From positions 1 to 36,692 of the forward strand of contig CAYRSQ010000003.1 in assembly GCA_964427055.1 (NCBI GenBank): 36,692 nucleotides of DNA, read 5' to 3'. The notes beneath the pieces are model-generated. The model was not told the DNA's origin. It saw only the letters and a list, made by a program, of their open reading frames with translations, and searched no databases. Source of the DNA: an uncultured archaeon. Lineage in GTDB: Archaea > Aenigmatarchaeota > Aenigmatarchaeia > CG10238-14 > SCSR01. The position numbers and the translations under genes were made by a program. Shown piece after piece: positions 1 through 7,023 of this stretch. Position 1 is the first letter of the stretch. Each line of letters opens with the position of its first letter.

Positions 1-155
1 GTGACTCCCTTCCAGTTCCATTGCTTTATGGGCATCTTTAGTATGTGGTATCCTATGTAGGACCTGTAATTGTAGACAAGTACTCCGGAAACTACCAAAA
101 GTACGGCTACAAACAGGATTTTCACCTTCCTTTCAGATAGCGTTAGTTTGGCCAT
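1..155 (-). CDS. N-terminal fragment of a small membrane protein (gene continues beyond left edge)
   Basis: ATG at 155-153 on the minus strand. Translation MAKLTLSERKVKILFVAVLLVVSGVLVYNYRSY... stays open to position 1 and has one hydrophobic helix. Too short for the ORF track. Confidence 0.3.
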   Translation of the reverse strand, partial: MAKLTLSERKVKILFVAVLLVVSGVLVYNYRSYIGYHILKMPIKQWNWKGV

Positions 156-289
156 GCCCATCACTAGTATGAAATATAATGACAGATTGAACAGTTAAAT
201 CCTTTTCTATAGCTCACGCTAAGTTGTTGAAAAAGAAAAAGAAAGGGAAAAGTTTTCAACTTTCCCGCGATCGCTTAAGATCGAAGAGT

Positions 290-2581
290 TTATCCTACAA
301 CAGGAGATCCGACAGTACCTGTGACTTCAACTGACGTGCCTGTTTTGCTTGTCAATTTAGTGTCATACTGTTGGACTGCTGATGCAGCGACTCTTGTATC
401 TTCAGCTCTCGTTCCGGCTACTACTAACACGACTTTGCCTGTTGCGAAACCGTCGTCGATCACTTCGATTATACCGAAGTTTCTTCCGGGCCATGCGTCA
501 CATGTGTAACTGAATTTGCCGTCATCGGCCAATTCAGCGACTAATGTGTTCACACAAGGTCCGCCGACGAGTATTAAGTGTTTCGCAGTTTTCAGACTAG
601 ACATTTCGCTGTCTAACTTAGCAATGGTCGATGTTACAGGTATTGACGGATAGTTAGTGTACGTATCACCCGAGGTCGTGGTTTGTGTTCCACTTTGCAA
701 ACCGAAGTAGACTACAGCCTTCAGATCCTTAGCTGGTACCTTGAATACCACTTTGTCCGAATTTCCATTGGAATCCGTATTAAGTAGTATGATACCTGAA
801 TCGTCGACTATTTCTTGAGTCTTCTTACCGGCATCTCTGACGGTAGATTCGGTAGTTGCATTTACCTCACCAACTTCAGCGCTGGATGCTGTTGCACCTA
901 ACCTGAAATTAGGAGTGGATGTCGTTGTAATAGCGGTCTTGTTGTTGAAGTCAATACTGATTGTTGGAGCGCTTCCTTTCTTTCCGATTGTCATGATATC
1001 AATCAGCTGTGAACCGTTGATAGTCACATTCAACCAGTAATCTTGATCTCCAGAGTTTCCGACGTTCAATTTGAACGGATATGTGAAAGCTTCTGATACG
1101 TTTCCGAAGTTGATTAGATGACTTTCATACTCGGATGTTGATTCGAGTGTGTCAATCCTTTCCACATATGTACCATTTATTAAGATTTTATTCTTAGTGC
1201 TATCCTTGAACCCTATCTCGGTATATCCGTGACTAGAGTTTGTAGCGTTAAATAGTACGTAAGCTTCAGAGAACGCATTTCCTCCAAGACTCACTATGGA
1301 ATTAGATCCTGTTTCGTCAACAGATATCTTTATTCCACCTCTGTTACCGTACGCTACGCTATCATCCACTTGATCATATGCCGAGATAGTGCTTCCCAAT
1401 GCTTCTATTGTTACTGTTGCAAATTTGTCAGTATTCCAACCTTCGAATGCCAATTCGGCATAGTCGTTAGGTAGGACTACCTTTTCACCTGCAACTAGAT
1501 ACTGGGTCTGTGTAGGCTTGTAGATGACTTCCAGTGTGTCTCCAACCGATATTACACCAGATGTTGCGAATGTACCGGATTTCACCTGAATTCCCCATAC
1601 GGTCTCACCTGGGAACCTATCGCTTGTAGTACCAGAAGATGTCACATCCGCAGTTGAATCGTATATCTTAGTTGTACCTTCTGTTGAAGGTCCGACTACG
1701 ATGTCCGCGTATGCAGCATTGTCTTGTGTTGCCCTTACAGTAGTTACTTGCACATTTATCCCTGCAGTAGTGGATGTAGCACTCTTTCCTTGATCTATCG
1801 TCAATTGTTCTACTTCATTACCATCGGCATCTCTGATGCTGAGTGTTACCCAACCACTGTTGACACCTATTATGGAGTAGACTGTGTAGTCGCCATATGT
1901 TACACCTTTAGTTGCTGTAGCAGTTCCTACAGAACCGTGCAACATCAATACCTGGCTCGATGAAGTACCAACTATCGAGAAGTCCTCGCCCAGCAACTTT
2001 ATGTTGATTGGGTAAGTGTAGTTTGGAACTGACACTGTACCACCATGAGTGATTGCCTTATCGAACACATATTGGTATTTTATATCACCAGATTCGACTA
2101 CCATTTTTTCTGTACCATTGACGTTAGAGGTTGCTAAGTCATGAGCCATTGTAACTCCGCTTATGTCCACCTGTTCTCTGTAGTCATATTCTGTTGAACT
2201 TGATCCACTCCAAGTGATCTTGGAATCTTTCAATCCAGAATAGTGCGCGGTTTTCAGTATACCAGATGCTGGGAAAGCTGTAGATAAAGCGTCAGCCAAT
2301 CCGACGTTATCTTTTCTTGTCCCTTCAACCGATGTTGACGAGGAGCATGATGTTGACACTTCATCTGATCCGACTTCTGGAAGTCTGACAGCGATGTCAA
2401 TAGCGCCTGCAACATCACTTGGAGCTGCTAAAGAACCGACTACTACATAGGCGTTCAATGCACCGTCGCTACCAGCTAGCATACCTGGAAAGTCTGCTAC
2501 TGTATTAGCGGCAAGTACCGGAGTTGACACTGTTAGCAGTGCCATTAGAGCAGTCATGAATCCTGCAATTATTTTTTTCAT
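290..2581 (-). CDS. S-layer protein (Methanococcus-type S_layer_N / S_layer_C architecture)
   Basis: Cleavable signal peptide (MKKIIAGFMTALMALLTVSTPVLA/AN). N-terminal ...YVVVGSLAAPSDVAGAIDIAVRL and C-terminal ...LILVGGPCVNTLVAEL...VLVVAGTRAEDTRVAASAV motifs are typical of archaeal S-layer proteins. Composition is Thr/Ser/Gly/Val-rich and beta-type. GAGGT Shine-Dalgarno lies upstream of the ATG. Confidence 0.8.
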   Translation of the reverse strand: MKKIIAGFMTALMALLTVSTPVLAANTVADFPGMLAGSDGALNAYVVVGSLAAPSDVAGAIDIAVRLPEVGSDEVSTSCSSSTSVEGTRKDNVGLADALSTAFPASGILKTAHYSGLKDSKITWSGSSSTEYDYREQVDISGVTMAHDLATSNVNGTEKMVVESGDIKYQYVFDKAITHGGTVSVPNYTYPINIKLLGEDFSIVGTSSSQVLMLHGSVGTATATKGVTYGDYTVYSIIGVNSGWVTLSIRDADGNEVEQLTIDQGKSATSTTAGINVQVTTVRATQDNAAYADIVVGPSTEGTTKIYDSTADVTSSGTTSDRFPGETVWGIQVKSGTFATSGVISVGDTLEVIYKPTQTQYLVAGEKVVLPNDYAELAFEGWNTDKFATVTIEALGSTISAYDQVDDSVAYGNRGGIKISVDETGSNSIVSLGGNAFSEAYVLFNATNSSHGYTEIGFKDSTKNKILINGTYVERIDTLESTSEYESHLINFGNVSEAFTYPFKLNVGNSGDQDYWLNVTINGSQLIDIMTIGKKGSAPTISIDFNNKTAITTTSTPNFRLGATASSAEVGEVNATTESTVRDAGKKTQEIVDDSGIILLNTDSNGNSDKVVFKVPAKDLKAVVYFGLQSGTQTTTSGDTYTNYPSIPVTSTIAKLDSEMSSLKTAKHLILVGGPCVNTLVAELADDGKFSYTCDAWPGRNFGIIEVIDDGFATGKVVLVVAGTRAEDTRVAASAVQQYDTKLTSKTGTSVEVTGTVGSPVVG

Positions 2582-2614
2582 ATTTATCTTACCTCTTTCA
2601 GTATGTTATCAAGA

Positions 2615-2630
2615 CCGAGCGTTTGCTCGG
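2615..2630 (-). promoter_or_regulatory. Stem-loop in the presumed 5' UTR of the S-layer gene
   Basis: Perfect inverted repeat CCGAGC-GTTT-GCTCGG lying between the TATA-like box (about 2684-2693) and the RBS/ATG at 2581. Confidence 0.3.
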
Positions 2631-2683
2631 AACCCGATAACCCACTGTGCTTGGGATTTTTCTAAAGTTTAGTTGGTTTTTGT

Positions 2684-2693
2684 TTGTATATAA
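2684..2693 (-). promoter_or_regulatory. Candidate archaeal TATA box for the S-layer gene
   Basis: Minus-strand TTATATAC element in the 266-nt intergenic region upstream of the S-layer ATG. Position is consistent with a roughly 75-nt leader. No experimental support. Confidence 0.3.
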
Positions 2694-2847
2694 CACTTAG
2701 TTGAAACGATTTACATTGTTTCAGGTGTATACTAAATAGACCCTTAAATGGTGAAAATTAAGTGTTTTAATGATGTTAATTGTTTCTGAAGCAAAAATAA
2801 GACCTTTCTGACAAAAATAAGGCTTAAAATAGATTATTATATCGAAC

Positions 2848-3798
2848 CTATTGTTTGTTGAAACCGATTTGCTTTTTGGACAATTTAACTCTGTTGGTTC
2901 TGCCTCTCCGCTCAACTTCTATCAGCCCGCGCTCGGAGAGGCTCTTGACTACTCTGCTTACCTTTGCTTTAGAAAAGTTGCTCAAATCGACTATCTTCTT
3001 CTGCTTTATCTCGCCCTCTTTAGCGATAATGTCCATTATCTGTCTTTCGTACTCGTCTAGAATAGATAGGACTACTTCATCCGATTTTCTAAGGTGCCTG
3101 ATAATTATAAAGCCCAGCACCCCAGCCAAAGCTGCCCCGAAAAGGATGAAATGTCTCATTCTAAGCTGGAACCATATCGGAGGCTCGGCCTCCTCGTATA
3201 AAATCTCGAATGTCACTCCTTCTGTCTCGGAAATTTCTGACAATTCCCATGTCACCAGTATATTCTCTCCCAGTATGTGTGCGAATGCCTTATCTGGATA
3301 AGAAAGTATGCTAGATTCCGTGCTTTCACCCACGAGGAAATGATTTTTTGGCAATCTCACCGTGGCAGTTAGACTGGTAGTGTTCACATTTGGAGAAACC
3401 TCTGCATTGAAATAAAGAATCTTGTCTCCGAGTGCCTTGACAAAATCGACAGTCTCGAAATTTATGTTCAACTCCCTTTTCTGTTCGGTCAGCCCCATGG
3501 AACATGTTATGTCGCTAACTCCCGTTATCTCGATGCCGCAATCCACCGGACCCGCATTGCTGGTAGCATAGAAATTCTCCACTCGTCCGATTACCTTCAT
3601 ATTGAATGCCGTTTCTGGTTCCCAGAAAGTCATGGTGAGATTCACATAGCTTCTTCCCTCTTCGTCTATGATCACATATGCCTTATAGAATCTCAATTGG
3701 TCTGTCTCTGGATGAACTTGCGCGTGGACAAAGGATGTTGATAACAGTAATGATAACAAACATACAGAAATGAATAGTGATTTCGAATTGACAATCAT
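2848..3798 (-). CDS. Membrane-spanning winged-helix (MarR/TrmB-like) protein, COG2512-like: secreted N-domain, one TM, cytoplasmic wHTH
   Basis: Signal peptide (…LLLSTSFVHA/QV), about 190-aa beta-rich ectodomain, and TM helix FILFGAALAGVLGFIII. C-terminal wHTH is IMDIIAKEGEIKQKKIVDLSNFSKAKVSRVVKSLSERGLIEVERRGRTNRVKL. Confidence 0.65.
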   Translation of the reverse strand: MIVNSKSLFISVCLLSLLLSTSFVHAQVHPETDQLRFYKAYVIIDEEGRSYVNLTMTFWEPETAFNMKVIGRVENFYATSNAGPVDCGIEITGVSDITCSMGLTEQKRELNINFETVDFVKALGDKILYFNAEVSPNVNTTSLTATVRLPKNHFLVGESTESSILSYPDKAFAHILGENILVTWELSEISETEGVTFEILYEEAEPPIWFQLRMRHFILFGAALAGVLGFIIIRHLRKSDEVVLSILDEYERQIMDIIAKEGEIKQKKIVDLSNFSKAKVSRVVKSLSERGLIEVERRGRTNRVKLSKKQIGFNKQ

Positions 3799-3863
3799 TG
3801 AATAGTATTAAGTCCGTTGCCTTTATTATCTTAACTAAAACGAGTGAAACAATCTGAAACAAT

Positions 3864-4898
3864 TCATTCCACAATCACATCTATCTTGAACCCGCAATTG
3901 TAGCATCTATCCCCTATGAGATTGATTTCTTCGACCCTGGTGCCGGACCTCTTGATGACCATTTCCCTGCAGTTGTAGCAGTACGTGTTCTCGTCATCAT
4001 GCCCATCGACATTGCCTATGTAGATGTACCTCAAGCCCCTCATCTGCATCTCCCGCATGCACCTTTCCAGCGTCGGCACTGGCGTAGGAGGCAGATCCAT
4101 AAGCTGATAGTCGGGATGGAATCTCAATATATGTATCGGTATGGCAGAACCCAAATTCGCATTCACGTGTTCGGCGAACTTTCCGCAAAGCTCCGTGCTA
4201 TCTCCGAGCTGGGGAACTATCAGGTTTGTTATTTCGAAAAATATCCTCTGTCTTTTGAGCTGTCTCATCGTCTCGTATATGGGACTGACATCTGGCACGG
4301 ACATGAACTTCTTGTAGAATTCTGGATCCAGCGACGCTTTAATGTTGACAACTGCAGCGTCTATGTACTTAGATATCTTCTTCAGGGCGTCCACTTCCAT
4401 GTATCCATTGGTCACAAAAACGTTCATCAGGTTGTTCCTCTTGGCCAGCTTGGCAGTATCATGCACGAACTCGAAGAACATCGTGGGCTCGTTATAAGTG
4501 TACGATATGCTCTTGCAATTGTTATCTTCCGCCTGTTTCACCACATCTTCCGGGGTATATGTCTTGCCGGTGAAATTTTCCAGATACTTATCAGTCTGCT
4601 GGCTTATTTCCCAATTGTCGCAAAACTGGCACTTGAAGTTGCACCCGAAAGATGAGATTGAAAGTGTTTTTGAATTGGGGAAAAAATGGAAAAGCGGTTT
4701 TTTCTCCATCGGGTCCACGCTGACGTTTGTAAGCTTCCCATAGTTCATAGTGTAGAGCTGATTTTCCTCGTTTTTCCTGACATCGCAAAATCCGTACTTA
4801 CCCTTCCCTATGAAACATTTCCTGGCACAAAGACCACATCTTATGCCGTTCCTTTCCTTTTCCCACAACATAGCCTCGTGTAGCTTGTCATCCGCCAA
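3864..4898 (-). CDS. amrS: AmmeMemoRadiSam-system radical SAM enzyme (PflA-like activase family)
   Basis: N-terminal CGLCARKC...GFC cluster, canonical CNFKCQFCDNW (CxxxCxxC) radical SAM motif, C-terminal CYNC...CYNC Zn-ribbon-like end, and overall length about 340 aa. Confidence 0.7.
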   Translation of the reverse strand: MADDKLHEAMLWEKERNGIRCGLCARKCFIGKGKYGFCDVRKNEENQLYTMNYGKLTNVSVDPMEKKPLFHFFPNSKTLSISSFGCNFKCQFCDNWEISQQTDKYLENFTGKTYTPEDVVKQAEDNNCKSISYTYNEPTMFFEFVHDTAKLAKRNNLMNVFVTNGYMEVDALKKISKYIDAAVVNIKASLDPEFYKKFMSVPDVSPIYETMRQLKRQRIFFEITNLIVPQLGDSTELCGKFAEHVNANLGSAIPIHILRFHPDYQLMDLPPTPVPTLERCMREMQMRGLRYIYIGNVDGHDDENTYCYNCREMVIKRSGTRVEEINLIGDRCYNCGFKIDVIVE

Positions 4899-5034
4899 AA
4901 AATCACCAAAAGAGCATTAGTTCGATTTTATCAGGCTCATCCTTCATCTTCGTCATCAAAAACCTACTAAAATTAAATATTATATTGATATTTCATAGTA
5001 ATATAGATTAACTACGATTCCGTGAAATCAATGT

Positions 5035-5107
5035 GCCTCAGTAGCTTAGTTGGTGGAGCAACTGCCTCGTAAGCAGTAGGTCGCGAGTTCAAATCTCGCC
5101 TGAGGCT
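5035..5107 (+). tRNA. tRNA-Thr (anticodon CGU)
   Basis: Manual cloverleaf: acceptor GCCTCAG/CTGAGGC, anticodon stem ACTGC/GCAGT with loop CTCGTAA, T arm GCGAG-TTCAAAT-CTCGC, discriminator T. No encoded CCA. Confidence 0.9.
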
Positions 5108-5162
5108 TAACTTAAAGATAAAAATGATTAAAAATAATAAAAAAGGAGTGAGAGGTGGGCGA

Positions 5163-5462
5163 ATGGATGTCATAATACATTCCGAGGGCGACAAATACGT
5201 GAAGCTGAAGGAAACGCTACTGGCGGACGACACAATCAACAGAGCCAGTATCATATTCAAAGACGCGAAACAGTACGGGAAAGACAATGGTTACCTGTGC
5301 ATAATCAGCGGCGACGAGGAAAGATGCGAAAAGGCGATAGAAATCGCGAAGGAAGGTGACCTCGGGACGGAAATCACAGGAGAAGAAAAGGAAGTCATAC
5401 TTTCAAAGGTCAAAGAAGAGGGAAACAAGGCTTCTGAGGGATTCGGGAGCATTTTTGGTTGA
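5163..5462 (+). CDS. Small acidic hypothetical protein with ribosomal-stalk-like C-terminal tail (…EGFGSIFG)
   Basis: Strong GAGGTG Shine-Dalgarno 7-8 nt before ATG 5163. The track ORF begins at 5124, but that extension is K/N/G-rich and only 17 nt from tRNA-Thr. No family recognised. Confidence 0.6.
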   Translation: MDVIIHSEGDKYVKLKETLLADDTINRASIIFKDAKQYGKDNGYLCIISGDEERCEKAIEIAKEGDLGTEITGEEKEVILSKVKEEGNKASEGFGSIFG

Positions 5463-5473
5463 ATTTCAAAAGA

Positions 5474-5560
5474 GCGGCGATAGTCCAGTCTGGTTAAGAT
5501 ACGGCCCTGCCAATCCATAGCGGAACGGCCGCGACGCGGGTTCAAATCCCGCTCGCCGCA
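5474..5560 (+). tRNA. tRNA-Gly (anticodon GCC) with 13-nt intron (5513..5525) at canonical 37/38 position
   Basis: Acceptor GCGGCGA/TCGCCGC, anticodon stem CGGCC/GGCCG, loop C-T-GCC-A, T arm GCGGG-TTCAAAT-CCCGC. BHB: 4-bp helix CTGC(5507-5510):GCGG(5520-5523) flanked by 3-nt bulges CAA and AAC. Confidence 0.8.
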
Positions 5561-5637
5561 CTCCTAACTGATAGATAATGTAAAAGTTATATTCACAGTA
5601 AACAGAATTTAATTTAGGAAATGACTGCTGGTGCTGA

Positions 5638-6117
5638 TTGATGTCGATTTTTGAAAAGAAGAAAAATGAGGAGGAATTCGTCCCGCCTGTCGATGTCGAT
5701 GAAATAAACGTACCTCCCATGAGGATATCGCAACCGTTTTCTATGGAAAGAGATATGGATAAGATAGAAGACAATTCCCAGGCGCTGGCCCCCGTCTTCG
5801 TCAAACTATCCAAATACAGGGAGATACTGAACACAGTCAACTACCTCAAGATGGGATTCAACCTGATCAAGAACCAGATGTCTATACTCAGCAAGCTGGA
5901 AAACCTACAACGGGAGAACATGAAACTTATGTACAGTGCGCTTGACAAGATAAGCAAGCAGATGGACAAGTTAGACTCGGATTTCTCCAGACCGATGGAC
6001 TTCATGAAGGAAGTTTCTGAAACCGAGCTGCAGGAACTGGAAGGCCTGGAATCGACCATAAGCGACCTAAAGGCCCAGATAGACCAGTTGAAGATAGAAG
6101 TGGACGCGATGGCCTAA
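5638..6117 (+). CDS. Hypothetical coiled-coil protein
   Basis: Intact 159-aa ORF with an acidic N-terminus followed by heptad-like, Lys/Glu/Leu-rich C-terminal half (…LQELEGLESTISDLKAQIDQLKIEVD). No family recognised. Confidence 0.55.
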   Translation: MMSIFEKKKNEEEFVPPVDVDEINVPPMRISQPFSMERDMDKIEDNSQALAPVFVKLSKYREILNTVNYLKMGFNLIKNQMSILSKLENLQRENMKLMYSALDKISKQMDKLDSDFSRPMDFMKEVSETELQELEGLESTISDLKAQIDQLKIEVDAMA

Positions 6118-6167
6118 TTCTGATAACGTTTTTAAATTCAAACCTGATATTAATTAATCACGAATGT

Positions 6168-6303
6168 GCAGGGGTAGCGAAGCGGTCAAACGCGCTGGGC
6201 TCAAGATTATATTTTGAGCGCTGATTAAAGATGATGAAAGCGTGAGTGACATGAGAAACCCTGTGGCTTAGTGCCTTCGTGGGTTCGAATCCCACCCCCT
6301 GCA
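6168..6303 (+). tRNA. tRNA-Leu (anticodon CAA), type II with long variable arm, 52-nt intron (6206..6257)
   Basis: Acceptor GCAGGGG/CCCCTGC, D stem GCG/CGC, anticodon stem CTGGG/CCCTG (one U-U mismatch), loop CT-CAA-G. Long variable arm contains GGC…GCC. T arm GTGGG-TTCGAAT-CCCAC. BHB core: CTCA(32-35):TGAG(6252-6255) flanked by bulges AGA and AAA. Confidence 0.8.
6211..6237 (+). ncRNA. Intron-embedded box D'/C' K-loop-like guide element (antisense arm + CUGA + 6-nt loop + AUGAUGA)
   Basis: ATTTTGAGC(6211-6219) pairs with G31-U(6207). CTGA is at 6221-6224 and ATGATGA at 6231-6237. See finding. Confidence 0.4.
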
Positions 6304-6464
6304 CTTTAAAACCACAACGAACGTGTCTTTATTCTGAAATGAGATGCGGAAGTCGAACTTGTTCCAGATATTTTCTCAATTTACAATCGTCTGAAAACTA
6401 CTGATTCATCTATTTTCATGTGCTGAATCATGGAAAAAGAAAAAATGCTGGAGAAAATAAAAAA

Positions 6465-6779
6465 TCATTTCTCCAGAACAGTTTCGTAAACTATGAATAG
6501 CGATCCCAACAGAGCAAACAGGGCTCCGACTCCTGCAAATAGGGTATCCAAATAAAGTCCGCTCACGAGGTTGTATAATCTCGGAAGCGTGGAAGCGTCT
6601 ATAATTCCTGCAAACAGGAAGAGTACTCCCGCCGACGCCAACCAATTGAATCCCTTCTCTGTCTTTTTCCTCACTTTCGCCCATTCGGCCAAAGCGACTG
6701 ACAGTAGTAACGCTATTCCAACGTCAATTAAAGCTGAACTGAATACCATTTTATGTTCACCTAATAGAATTTCATTCAA
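6465..6779 (-). CDS. Small integral membrane protein (3 predicted TM helices), hypothetical
   Basis: 104-aa ORF that is hydrophobic throughout (…ALIDVGIALLLSVALAEW…, …WLASAGVLFLFAGII…, …LFAGVGALFALLGSLFIVY…). Alternative start at MVFSS (6749). Confidence 0.55.
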   Translation of the reverse strand: MNEILLGEHKMVFSSALIDVGIALLLSVALAEWAKVRKKTEKGFNWLASAGVLFLFAGIIDASTLPRLYNLVSGLYLDTLFAGVGALFALLGSLFIVYETVLEK

Positions 6780-6851
6780 GCATAATATAAAAGTATTAGT
6801 AATTTCGAAAAATCCACCTTTGTCGAGTGGTGACAGGAGGAAGAATTGGAC

Positions 6852-6941
6852 TTACAGAAGTTCCTCGAAATCCGTCTCTTCGTCATCCCAATCTTCAAGT
6901 TCCGGCTCTTCATCGCCGATGAATTCGTCTTCGAATGCCAT
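6852..6941 (-). CDS. Candidate 29-aa highly acidic micro-protein (MAFEDEFIGDEEPELEDWDDEETDFEELL)
   Basis: ATG preceded by GAGGT 9 nt upstream. It sits in an otherwise empty 244-nt gap on the same strand as its neighbours. Below the ORF-track size cut-off. Confidence 0.35.
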   Translation of the reverse strand: MAFEDEFIGDEEPELEDWDDEETDFEELL

Positions 6942-7023
6942 AGTTAAACCTCGGATTACTACTGAGTAAAATCATTATAATCTATTTAAAGCTTTTGAAT
7001 AGAATGAGCGTTCGTTCGGCCGA

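Noticed and set aside
2721-2915. 64-aa minus-strand ORF in the spacer upstream of the S-layer gene
   Set aside because: It overlaps the 3' end of the wHTH gene in another frame, has AT-rich low-complexity translation and has no RBS. The spacer is better explained as promoter plus 5' UTR.
5466-5840. 124-aa minus-strand ORF
   Set aside because: It overlaps tRNA-Gly (5474-5560) and the start of the + strand coiled-coil gene. Its C-terminal residues are simply the reverse translation of the tRNA.
6238-6257. Second guide plus terminal D box in the tRNA-Leu intron (AAGCGTGAGTGAC followed by ATGA, with GTGA variants)
   Set aside because: There is no canonical CUGA. I found no convincing complementary target within the tRNA. 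The ATGAG segment is already needed for the BHB central helix.
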